Below are positions 1 through 8,178 of a DNA stretch of 32,000 nucleotides, in pieces. The notes under the pieces were generated by a model. The model searched no databases, was not told the origin of the DNA, and saw only the letters and a list, made by a program, of their open reading frames with translations. A program made the translations under genes and the position numbers. The stretch lies in contig NZ_CP064923.1 in assembly GCF_018336915.1 (NCBI RefSeq), forward strand, positions 900,001 through 932,000, read 5' to 3'. Every line of letters starts with the position of its first letter. Positions within the stretch are counted from its first letter, which is position 1. This DNA is from Acaryochloris marina S15 (GTDB taxonomy: Bacteria; Cyanobacteriota; Cyanobacteriia; Thermosynechococcales; Thermosynechococcaceae).

Positions 1-594
1 TGCCAGGGTAAGGAAAGGATGGGTATTGGTTTCCAAAGCCCCTAGAACCACATGCCCGACCAACAAGCCATAGGCTAAGTAAACCCCCATATGCAGAGCT
101 TTCCACACCGGAGCCGTGAGGTTGGTTAGCCAAAAATCATGGCTGGTTGCCGCCATCAAAAACAAGATGACAAGGGCTACGCCTCCCAATGCTTCAAAGG
201 GAAAGCGGACAAAATCAGCATAGTGAGTATTGCTAACAAACAAGCTGACAATCGGCTCTAGATTGCCAAAGTCGTGATACCAGGCCAAAGCATCCCGGGC
301 ATGGAGCAGGGCCAGAATAAACATGGTGACGCCCATGTGCCGCCGATTGTAGAGAAGCGGCAAAAACTTAGCGCTAAGACGACTCAGGGGACCAATGGAA
401 AGAATGACATGGAGCAGGATAAAAGCCGCAGAGCCAAAGGCCCGAATCCAAATACCTTTTAGATCTAGATCGCTACTGAACTGAAGGCTAATGCCTTCAA
501 AGCAAAAAAGATAGAAAACGACCGTGGACAGCAAAATAATGTCGTAAACAAACTTTTGCCGATTCCACTGAACCGCTTTATATGCAACGCCCAC
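1..594 (-). CDS. Ferric-reductase-like (FRD/YedZ-type) haem-binding transmembrane domain protein; N-terminal part only, gene runs off the left edge
   Basis: It is missing from the ORF track because it is open at the window edge. My minus-strand translation from GTG 594 reads VGVAYKAVQWNRQKFVYDIILLSTVVFYLF..FGSAAFILLHVILSIGPL..NRRHMGVTMFILALLHA..LMAATSHDFW..WKALHMGVYLAYGLLVGHVVLG. That gives several TM helices with spaced His residues typical of FRD domains. The frame is closed upstream by TAA at 625-627, and GTG is the first plausible start. Confidence 0.6.
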   Translation of the reverse strand, partial: MGVAYKAVQWNRQKFVYDIILLSTVVFYLFCFEGISLQFSSDLDLKGIWIRAFGSAAFILLHVILSIGPLSRLSAKFLPLLYNRRHMGVTMFILALLHARDALAWYHDFGNLEPIVSLFVSNTHYADFVRFPFEALGGVALVILFLMAATSHDFWLTNLTAPVWKALHMGVYLAYGLLVGHVVLGALETNTHPFLTLA

Positions 595-624
595 AGATAA
601 CTTCCTCTCAGAATGAATTAGCGC

Positions 625-1137
625 TTAAGATTGGGTCCAAAAAGGATCTAGGGGAAATGTAGAAATGATTTCTTTAGTCGCTTGGCTGAACAATAGTAGG
701 TGTCCCGTTTGGCCCTGCATCGCGTCTGGAACCCGAAATTGACGATTAGATGCTCCTGACAACGCCCCTAACAAGATAGAATCCTGACTCAGTTCCTCCG
801 GTGGCTTCCCCTGCTGCCAATACACCAACACATCCGGCAATTGGAGATCAGACTGGGGCTGAATATTGATAAAGACATCGCTGCCATCTTGAGCAAACAA
901 TGTTTCAACCCGGAGTTGAATGTTCTCTTGTTTGAGCAAAGTGGGTTTGCGCTTCGACCTCTGATTTTCCCAAGCAAAGTACGGGACAAATCCTGCTCGT
1001 TGAAATAAGGCGTCCGCTGAGGCATCCACTGGCGCGAAATTTGGCCGCCAGACTAACCCTGCAATAAAACAGAGGGGTAACACAACGGCCAAAACTACAA
1101 AGGAATAGAGGTGAACCTGCCGGCGAGAAATGACCAT
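625..1137 (-). CDS. Hypothetical protein, N-terminal TM anchor plus ~140-aa extracytoplasmic domain
   Basis: 170-aa ORF with the TM helix VHLYSFVVLAVVLPLCFIAGLVW. Its ATG (1137-1135) overlaps the TAA of the upstream ORF by 1 nt (TAATG). It sits 30 nt upstream of the FRD-like gene. I recognised no family. Confidence 0.55.
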   Translation of the reverse strand: MVISRRQVHLYSFVVLAVVLPLCFIAGLVWRPNFAPVDASADALFQRAGFVPYFAWENQRSKRKPTLLKQENIQLRVETLFAQDGSDVFINIQPQSDLQLPDVLVYWQQGKPPEELSQDSILLGALSGASNRQFRVPDAMQGQTGHLLLFSQATKEIISTFPLDPFWTQS

Positions 1138-1415
1138 TATTGGGCTCCTGCACTTTGCTTAGCGGCTAGTCGATGGGCATTTTTTTCGGTGGGATGACCT
1201 TTGCCTCGCAACAGCCGAATCGCGAACATCGGCCAAAATGCTACCACGCCAGGAATAATTAAAACTCGAAATCCAAGGGCCCAACCTTGAGCGCCAGAAT
1301 CGACCCGCTTGACCAAAAAGGTGACGAACAAAAAAGCGAAGATCAAACCTGCGATCGCATAGGCTCGCACCAGATTAATCACCCACTCAACTACAGCAAT
1401 AGCAGTGCTATCCAT
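1137..1415 (-). CDS. Small integral membrane protein (2-3 TM helices), unknown function
   Basis: 92-aa ORF with hydrophobic stretches AYAIAGLIFAFLFVTFLV and VLIIPGVVAFWPMFAI. It is first in a three-gene minus-strand cluster with a 1-nt stop/start overlap. Confidence 0.55.
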   Translation of the reverse strand: MDSTAIAVVEWVINLVRAYAIAGLIFAFLFVTFLVKRVDSGAQGWALGFRVLIIPGVVAFWPMFAIRLLRGKGHPTEKNAHRLAAKQSAGAQ

Positions 1416-1563
1416 ACGTCGTCTACCTTCTAGAATTCATAAAGGGCAGTCCTATTAGGTATGAGAATACCAGCCCATTTAGCCATCGGTAAACTACTCG
1501 TCTAGATTTGGCAAATTGCCTCAAGGTTGCCAGAATTAGAACCGTAGGAATGAACGGTACAAC

Positions 1564-2259
1564 ATGCATCGCTTTACTCAGACTCCTAAACGAAAATCGA
1601 TTGCTTTAGCCCTACTTCCCCTTAGTCTTGGGTTATTGATCAGCTGCAGCACTACAGAAGCCCCCTCAGACACTGAATCGCCAGCGTCCGACACCTCGAC
1701 AGAGTCTCTAGATCGCTCGGTTGCTGATCCCAGCGCTACAACGGAGGAAAGTGCGGACAGCTCCGGCACCGAAACTCTAGCCTCTTCAGCCAGTTCAGGG
1801 AAAGTCGATCTGGCAGCCATCATTGGCACTGAAGATGATGGATGGCTCCCCAAAACTCTCTCGGAATATGATTTCAAGCGGGGAATGAGTCCCGAAGAAG
1901 TGGGCAAGATTATGCCTGGAGCTGAAAAGATCTCCAAGTTTGGTTTTAGCGAAGTCCCCGCCAATGGTGTCCCAGGTGTTGATAAGTACAAATTTAGCTT
2001 CCTCAAAGACAAAAAAGATCCAGATGGAAAGCGCACTTTATACAGTGTTTCACTCTTATTCGATCCGTCTATCAAAAAAGACCATCCCTATGACAAAGTT
2101 GCTTTAGCTTTTGCTGAAAAGTATGGCGAAGTCGAGCCTGAGAAAATTGAAAAGAAAATTGTGACTTGGGTGGGGCCTAAATTTGCCACCGCCCAATTTA
2201 CCAACAGCATCAATAAGTTCGAAGGGTACGAATTTAAAATCGTTGTCCCCAAATCGTAA
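1564..2259 (+). CDS. Lipoprotein, unknown function
   Basis: Signal peptide with a lipobox (LGLLISC|S), followed by a Ser/Thr/Glu/Asp-rich low-complexity linker and a ~140-aa globular C-terminus. Confidence 0.65.
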   Translation: MHRFTQTPKRKSIALALLPLSLGLLISCSTTEAPSDTESPASDTSTESLDRSVADPSATTEESADSSGTETLASSASSGKVDLAAIIGTEDDGWLPKTLSEYDFKRGMSPEEVGKIMPGAEKISKFGFSEVPANGVPGVDKYKFSFLKDKKDPDGKRTLYSVSLLFDPSIKKDHPYDKVALAFAEKYGEVEPEKIEKKIVTWVGPKFATAQFTNSINKFEGYEFKIVVPKS

Positions 2260-2272
2260 ACACTCGTTCAGA

Positions 2273-2305
2273 CACCCTAAGATCATGAGTACAGAGATTA
2301 GGGTG
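2273..2305 (+). terminator. Hairpin between the lipoprotein gene and alkB (8-bp stem CACCCTAA/TTAGGGTG, 17-nt loop)
   Basis: Perfect 8-bp inverted repeat read directly from the sequence, 14 nt after the stop codon. There is no U-tract, so a terminator role is doubtful. Confidence 0.2.
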
Positions 2306-2314
2306 CTGAACTGA

Positions 2315-2962
2315 ATGCAAAAACCCCATCAACCCAATCCCCCACCCCATCAACTTTCTCTATTAGCCTCTGATAGTCAGGCCCAACAGCTACAGATGCC
2401 TGATGCAGAGGTTTTGTTTTACCCCTGTCTGTTCAACGCTGCCGATTGTGAGCAAATGTTTTTAGCCCTGGAAGCAGAAATTGCGTGGCGACAGGACTCA
2501 GCCACCATCTTTGGCCGTCATCACTTTTTGCCTAGATTAACGGCCTGGCATGGCGATCCAGGTAAAACCTATAGCTATTCCGGTATTCGCATGGAGCCTT
2601 TGCCCTGGACATCGACGTTGCGCCAGATCAAGGCAGCAATCGAGCCTATTGCCCAAGTTGAATTTAATAGTGTGTTGTTGAATTTCTACCGTCACGGACA
2701 GGACAGCATGGGCTGGCATAGTGACGATGAACCGGAGTTGGGACCTAATCCGGTCATCGGTTCAGTGAGTTTGGGGGGCTGCCGACGATTTTTGCTAAGA
2801 CATAAAATGGATAAATCAATCTCTAAAGTTGAACTCCATTTAACCAACGGTAGCTTGCTCCTAATGCAAGGCCCAACGCAGCATTTCTGGCAACATTATG
2901 TGCCCAAAACTAAAAGACCAGTTGATCCGAGGATTAATCTAACGTTTCGAGTGATTCATTAA
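2315..2962 (+). CDS. alkB: Alpha-ketoglutarate/Fe(II)-dependent dioxygenase AlkB (ALKBH2/3-like DNA/RNA alkylation repair)
   Basis: Motifs LLNFYRHGQDSMGWHSDDEPELG (HxD), GSLLLMQGPTQHFWQHYVPK (distal His) and RINLTFR (2OG-binding Arg). The true start may be the internal Met (MPDAEVLFYP). Confidence 0.85.
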   Translation: MQKPHQPNPPPHQLSLLASDSQAQQLQMPDAEVLFYPCLFNAADCEQMFLALEAEIAWRQDSATIFGRHHFLPRLTAWHGDPGKTYSYSGIRMEPLPWTSTLRQIKAAIEPIAQVEFNSVLLNFYRHGQDSMGWHSDDEPELGPNPVIGSVSLGGCRRFLLRHKMDKSISKVELHLTNGSLLLMQGPTQHFWQHYVPKTKRPVDPRINLTFRVIH

Positions 2963-3116
2963 ATCACAAGGTTTGATGGGAGCTTCCTAATCACCGCTGT
3001 CTTCAGAAATTGGCATCAATCGCAGCAGAGTCTCCAATCGCTACCCACCAACCCAATGGAGAAGCTCCTATAAGATTAAGTGAAGTCGCGTTTTAGAATA
3101 ATGGGTTGCTGATTGG

Positions 3117-3968
3117 ATGTCTCATCCGCGGGTCTTTCCCCTGACTTTACTAGCTATGCTTGCCTTTGCCGGAAATTCTATCCTGTGTAGGTTAGCGCTT
3201 AGAGCCACTCCTATTGATGCAGCAACATTCACATCGATTCGGATCGTCTCCGGTGCGATTATGTTGGGATTGATCACGCAAATAAAGGGTGGAGGCCTTA
3301 AAGCTGGAGGCAGTTGGCTATCTGCCTTAGCACTTTTTATTTATGCGGCGGGCTTTTCGTTTGCTTACATCCAGCTATCTGCAGGTACGGGGGCTTTACT
3401 ACTCTTTGGGGCAGTACAGGTCACCATGATGGGATATGGATTTTGGACGGGAGAACGCTTAAAGAAACAGCAAATTTCTGGTTTTATCTTGGCGCTGGTG
3501 GGGCTGGTGATTTTTTTGTTGCCAGGTCTCTCTGCTCCCCCACTACTGAGTTCTGGACTAATGATGGCTGCGGGTGTGGCCTGGGGAATTTATTCCTTAC
3601 GAGGTAAAACTGCTAGCAATCCCATGGGCATGACGGCTGGCAACTTTTTAAGAGCAGTCCCTTTTACTGTGGGGCTAAGTCTGTCGATGGTTTCTGACGC
3701 TACGTTAACCATTACAGGCTGTTTATACGCAGTCGCAGCGGGCGCAGTCACCTCAGGTCTGGGATATACCATTTGGTACACGGCCCTAAAAGATTTGACC
3801 GCAACGTCTGCGGCAACGGTCCAACTCAGTGTGCCTGTCATTGCTGCTGCAGGAGGGATGCTTTTCCTCGGTGAACACCTGACCCTGCGCCTGTTCGTTG
3901 CTTCCTGTACCATTCTTGGAGGAATTGCTCTAGCAATCTTGGAGAAGCCTCAAACTGAAGCAACCTGA
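3117..3968 (+). CDS. EamA/DMT-superfamily transporter (10 TM)
   Basis: 283 aa and hydrophobic throughout, with two-fold EamA-like organisation and the typical C-terminal motif LFLGEHLTL. Confidence 0.8.
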   Translation: MSHPRVFPLTLLAMLAFAGNSILCRLALRATPIDAATFTSIRIVSGAIMLGLITQIKGGGLKAGGSWLSALALFIYAAGFSFAYIQLSAGTGALLLFGAVQVTMMGYGFWTGERLKKQQISGFILALVGLVIFLLPGLSAPPLLSSGLMMAAGVAWGIYSLRGKTASNPMGMTAGNFLRAVPFTVGLSLSMVSDATLTITGCLYAVAAGAVTSGLGYTIWYTALKDLTATSAATVQLSVPVIAAAGGMLFLGEHLTLRLFVASCTILGGIALAILEKPQTEAT

Positions 3969-4011
3969 GTCAATAACTCTTTTACGTAACCTAAGTTCGG
4001 GATGTTCACAG

Positions 4012-4287
4012 ATGCTAGAGTCTCAAGCCCATAAATCTTGTCACTACTTATCTGTCTATGAACGCCAAGGAGACAGCTTTATTGAAGAGCACAAGCTCAT
4101 AGACTTTGACCCCAGAAACTTCAGTATAGAATTTGGCCTTGATATTTCTGACGATCCAGAGATGATTTTTGTCTATCCGCTAAAAGAAGAGCACGTTAGG
4201 TATTTGAGTCGTTTGCTACTGAATCAAGTCATATTTGATTTTGGTTGTTATGAGTATTTTTTGGAACCATACGCAGACAAGAGCTGA
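4012..4287 (+). CDS. Small acidic hypothetical protein (91 aa)
   Basis: ORF only, with no signal peptide or TM helix. The coding call rests on ORF length and position between two genes on the same strand. Confidence 0.4.
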   Translation: MLESQAHKSCHYLSVYERQGDSFIEEHKLIDFDPRNFSIEFGLDISDDPEMIFVYPLKEEHVRYLSRLLLNQVIFDFGCYEYFLEPYADKS

Positions 4288-4450
4288 TAATTTTAATGAT
4301 GTAGGTAGGTTTATAGGTGTGATGCATAGTCAAATCCTCCCTTTAGTTTCAGCCCAGCTGACTGATGCTCAATAGCCTTTGCGCGTTTGTACCTTTAACA
4401 ACAAAACCAATTCAGCGAGTTTTCTCCTTCATTAAAATACGAATCCTCTT

Positions 4451-5152
4451 ATGACGACAGAAGCTACCCCCACTTCTAACAGCTCGATTAAACTTGAGCC
4501 GAGCTGGAAAGCAGTGCTGGAAGACGTATTTGCCACGCCCTATATGCAGGAGCTGAAACAATTTCTCAAAGCAGAAAAGGCTGCTGGCAAAACGATTTAC
4601 CCCCGTGGCTCACTGATGTTTAATGCCATGGACAGTACTCCCTTTAATCAAGTCAAAGTCGTGATTCTCGGACAAGACCCCTATCACGGCCCCAGGCAAG
4701 CCCACGGTTTATGCTTTTCCGTCCCAGAGGGCGTTGCTCCACCCCCTTCTCTGATCAATATTTTCAAAGAAATTGAACAAGATCTAGGCACAAAACCACC
4801 CAGGCATGGCTGCCTGCAAAGCTGGGCAGACCAAGGCGTACTACTACTCAATAGCGTCCTAACCGTGGAACAGCATAAAGCTGCTTCACATAGAGGCAAA
4901 GGTTGGGAGCAATTTACCGATGCCATTATCAGCGCCTTAAACCAGCAACGCGAAAATCTCGTCTTTCTGCTGTGGGGCAGCTATGCGCAACAAAAAGGGA
5001 AGATTATTGATCGCAGACGCCATCTAGTCCTGATCTCGCCCCATCCATCACCGTTATCTGCCCATCGGGGTTTCTTTGGTAATCAGCATTTTTCTAAAGC
5101 GAATGCGTATTTGCAAAAAAACGGTATTGAACCTATTTCTTGGTCCCTATAG
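4451..5152 (+). CDS. ung: Uracil-DNA glycosylase, family 1
   Basis: Canonical motifs [22 protein letters not shown] (water-activating loop) and HPSPLSA (Leu-intercalation loop). The length is typical. Confidence 0.95.
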   Translation: MTTEATPTSNSSIKLEPSWKAVLEDVFATPYMQELKQFLKAEKAAGKTIYPRGSLMFNAMDSTPFNQVKVVILGQDPYHGPRQAHGLCFSVPEGVAPPPSLINIFKEIEQDLGTKPPRHGCLQSWADQGVLLLNSVLTVEQHKAASHRGKGWEQFTDAIISALNQQRENLVFLLWGSYAQQKGKIIDRRRHLVLISPHPSPLSAHRGFFGNQHFSKANAYLQKNGIEPISWSL

Positions 5153-5252
5153 TGGCGTCGACTCAGAATGACTGGCATTGTTCATTTTAGGGTTATAGAT
5201 CTAGTCCACAGTTGAGTGACATCAAGACGTTTTGAGATCTCGGATATAGCGA

Positions 5253-5447
5253 TCAGGGATACTCAATCAATCTACCCATCACGAGGGCTGTTTTGCCAAT
5301 ATCCGAAGCACCCGCGATCAACATGAATTCTGAGGTACCCTGAGCCACTCGATTAAAGGCATTGAGCAAGGTTTGAACGCCTGTGTCACGATCATAGAGT
5401 TTCTCGGGTATCAAGATGAGATCGCATACATCGTTCCGAGTCTTAGA
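5253..5447 (-). pseudogene. Relic (~60 codons) of the P-loop (AAA_16-type) region of a multidomain sensor kinase/ATPase
   Basis: Minus-strand translation reads ..LILIPEKLYDRDTGVQTLLNAFNRVAQGTSEFMLIAGASDIGKTALVMGRLIEYP*. This matches the conserved block IPxKLYGRExEvxxLLxAFxRVxxGxxEmmLVxGxSGIGKTALV of large cyanobacterial kinase/ATPase proteins. It is bounded by stops, has no start, and nothing upstream or downstream continues it. Confidence 0.45.
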
Positions 5448-5492
5448 TTAACCGAGACTTGATTAATTGGTCATTCTTGTAAGATTTTGCAT

Positions 5493-7001
5493 CTATGGCA
5501 GCAAGAACTCGGGCAATAAGTTCTTCTGGACTTCTCGCAGCGTTTTATTCACTGAACGCGCCATTTGAATATGAGGTTCATCGGGTTCAATCGGGGCAAT
5601 TACTGCAGGAGCACCCTGCCCCAATTGGCTAATCACGTGATTGGCCGCTTCCAGACCCGTAACATAGGCTTTTTCCTGGGACCAAGATCCGTGGCGGGTC
5701 ACCACCCAGTCACCACTCATATATAAGTTGTTAATGGGTGTTTGAGCGGGTAACAAATACCGATAGCTCCCCGGTGCAAAGTGAGTTACCGCTCGGGGTA
5801 AGCGAATCACGCTGGAATCTACCACTTTCGCCTCTCGAAAATCGGGTAAACAGGTGGTGAGATCCTTTTGGACCATGGAAATAATCTCATCGTCTTCCAT
5901 AGCCAGGAACTGATTGGCATGGTAGAAGTCTGCCTCAATCACCGTTTCAGGCTGATCGCGATAGTCATCATGAAGGGCATTGAGATCAAAGAAGGTAGAA
6001 CCTGTGGTGGGATGGAAGCCAAAACAAGCATTCGACGGTTGGGGGACATCGACTTTGCGGTCGAACCAGAGACGAGTGGCTAATATATCCACTGCACCCA
6101 GGTTCATGATGTCTCGGAACTGAGGATGTTTTTGTAGTGTAGAACTGCCGCGAACGATGTTTTTCATCCCGGAAATCCCCACAGAGAAGATCACGGCATC
6201 GGCTTCAAATATTTCATCTCCACAAATCACGGCATCCGCTTGGCCTTGATCATTGAGTCGCACATCCGTAACCCGACGCTGGGTGAGGATTTTGCCCCCT
6301 GCATTGGTGATGCGATCGCACCAGGGTTTAAAAATCTTTTCTCCCACTGTGCCCCGACACCAAACCACATCAAAATCAGCCTGATGGGCGAGGATAAAAT
6401 AGTAGAGCATTCCTAAAGCTGCAGCAGCAGAACACTGCTCACCCGGAGCAAACAATCCCACCAACAGCATGGGTTCAAAGGCATCTCTGTAGAGTCGTGC
6501 TGAAACGCCATAGCTCTTGAACATTTCTCGGGCGGTCACAGAGTCGTAACGTCGCCAAGCCTCATCGGAATTATCAAAGTCGATGATTGGATACATCATC
6601 GTAAAAGCGGACAGCCGATCAACCAGCGGCAAGCGGGGAAACTGAGGGTAAGCAAAGGTTCCCAAAGGCATGGGTAAGCGCTGTTCATTCTGAAAAATAG
6701 GCGACACCGCTTCCAGTCCGGCAGGGGAATACTGGGATGATTTTGTCCAGTTCGTAAATGGATCGAGCCCTAACTCATCGACCAGACCAAAAATATTTTT
6801 ATAAGGGTACCAAAATCCGTGAATCCCAGCTTCTACGGGCCGACCTCCAGCCGTTTCCCAGCCTGCCACGAGGCCGCCAGGATAGGAGCCTGCTTCTAAG
6901 AGGGTGACATCATACCCTTGAGAAACGAGGTGATAGGTGGCACCCAGGCCAGCCCAGCCAGCACCCACGACGACAACACGTTTTTTGGAGTCTGAGGTCA
7001 T
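5493..7001 (-). CDS. FAD-dependent oxidoreductase of the amine-oxidase / phytoene-zeta-carotene desaturase fold
   Basis: N-terminal dinucleotide fold VVVVGAGWAGLGATYHLVSQGYDVTLLEAGSYPGGL followed by the desaturase-like GIHGFWYPYKNIFGLVDELG block. 502 aa. The substrate cannot be inferred. Confidence 0.75.
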   Translation of the reverse strand: MTSDSKKRVVVVGAGWAGLGATYHLVSQGYDVTLLEAGSYPGGLVAGWETAGGRPVEAGIHGFWYPYKNIFGLVDELGLDPFTNWTKSSQYSPAGLEAVSPIFQNEQRLPMPLGTFAYPQFPRLPLVDRLSAFTMMYPIIDFDNSDEAWRRYDSVTAREMFKSYGVSARLYRDAFEPMLLVGLFAPGEQCSAAAALGMLYYFILAHQADFDVVWCRGTVGEKIFKPWCDRITNAGGKILTQRRVTDVRLNDQGQADAVICGDEIFEADAVIFSVGISGMKNIVRGSSTLQKHPQFRDIMNLGAVDILATRLWFDRKVDVPQPSNACFGFHPTTGSTFFDLNALHDDYRDQPETVIEADFYHANQFLAMEDDEIISMVQKDLTTCLPDFREAKVVDSSVIRLPRAVTHFAPGSYRYLLPAQTPINNLYMSGDWVVTRHGSWSQEKAYVTGLEAANHVISQLGQGAPAVIAPIEPDEPHIQMARSVNKTLREVQKNLLPEFLLP

Positions 7002-7321
7002 AGCGTCTAGAGATTGAATGATTAGTAACCGATTACCGTATTTACCATGACATGAAATCTACGGTCTTTGCACGAATAAATGGGGCAGAGTTGTGTATCA
7101 GACTTGTCCTTAGCAAGCGAGAAATATACAGGCTGCAAGAGTCTATCAATTACCATTTCAGGGATCTTGAGGGAAGCAAGAAGTGTTGTAGGTAATTATT
7201 GTAGGGAATGTTAGAACTGTCATGACTTTCGTCGGTTTCGCGCCTGTATGCTGCGTCTCTTAAATTATGTTGCTTAAACGACTTTCTACTGGCTTTAGTC
7301 ATTGGTTTAGGCTTCAGCCTG

Positions 7322-8014
7322 ATGCTATCGCTATCCTGGGCTACTCCTAGTCGAGCCATTGCACCGTCTGATGTTCCCAACCCTCGCCAAGACAATGGTT
7401 GGGTGATGGATATGGCTGATTTGCTGAGTCCTGATAGCGAAGCAAAGCTGAATCAGATGATCACGGCATTAGAAGAAACCAATGGGGCAGAAATTGCAGT
7501 GGTGACCGTCCCCAATACCAAGCCGTCCGCATCGCCCGAAGCATATACGACAAAGTTATTTAACACTTGGGGCATCGGCAAGAAAGGGTTAGATAACGGC
7601 GTGTTGTTTATGGTCTCTAAGGAAGACCGACGGGTCGAAATTGAAACGGGTTATGGCCTAGAGTCCATCTTGCCGGATGCCCAAGTTGGCAATATTATTC
7701 AAACCCAGGTGACCCCTCAGTTCAAGCAAGGCAACTTTGATGGCGGTATACTGCAGGGCACTCAAACCATCATTAGAGTCCTAAAGAATCCAGCCTCATC
7801 ATCCTTCAATCAGCCTGACAAGCGAGTTGAAGAGCATTTTAATTCGATGGTGGTGATTGGTTCTCTCATCGTCATGGGACTCATGGGCCTTGCCGCTAAA
7901 AATGTGATCCAAGTATGCCGGAACCTACATTCATCAAGCTCAACAGCAGGCAGCAACTTATCTTGCCGTTCCTTGGGAAGGGCTGTGAAAAATATTATCT
8001 GCTCTGCTAGCTAG
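7322..8014 (+). CDS. TPM-domain (TLP18.3/Psb32/YgcG-type) protein, apparently damaged at both ends
   Basis: The sequence VMDMADLLSPDSEAKLNQMITALEETNGAEIAVVTVP..GLDNGVLFMVSKEDRRVEIETGYGLE..LPDAQVGNII is the TPM fold signature, followed by a C-terminal TM helix MVVIGSLIVMGLMGLAA. The last 30 codons and the stop lie inside an IS-derived element (7924-8029). The signal peptide extends upstream of the ATG in a frame that has no ATG (see findings). Confidence 0.7.
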   Translation: MLSLSWATPSRAIAPSDVPNPRQDNGWVMDMADLLSPDSEAKLNQMITALEETNGAEIAVVTVPNTKPSASPEAYTTKLFNTWGIGKKGLDNGVLFMVSKEDRRVEIETGYGLESILPDAQVGNIIQTQVTPQFKQGNFDGGILQGTQTIIRVLKNPASSSFNQPDKRVEEHFNSMVVIGSLIVMGLMGLAAKNVIQVCRNLHSSSSTAGSNLSCRSLGRAVKNIICSAS

Positions 8015-8029
8015 CCTGCTGAATGTAGG
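7924..8029 (+). mobile_element. 106-bp MITE-like internal-deletion derivative of the IS1634-like element found at 18436-20200
   Basis: It starts with CCTACATTCA and ends with CCTGCTGAATGTAGG, which are the terminal inverted repeats of the full element. Positions 7934-8029 are the reverse complement of 18436-18531 with a single mismatch by my alignment. I found no target-site duplication. Confidence 0.75.
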
Positions 8030-8178
8030 TTGTATGGTGCGATTCCTCCTAAAAAATACTGAAAAAAACCGATTGCAGTTGCAGCACTTGTCATCCACAC
8101 TTAAAGCAGCTAAGAGCAAGCCAATCCCATATTGACTTAGCCCGCTACCAGTACGAGGTCCATAGGAGTGGAAGCGCT

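Noticed and set aside
274-462. 62-aa plus-strand ORF
   Set aside because: It lies antisense inside the much better supported ferric-reductase-like minus-strand gene. The composition (Gly/Gln/Lys-rich, no motif) looks like shadow-frame sequence.
1578-2075. 165-aa minus-strand ORF
   Set aside because: It is antisense to the lipoprotein gene, which has a clear signal peptide and lipobox. No motif is present.
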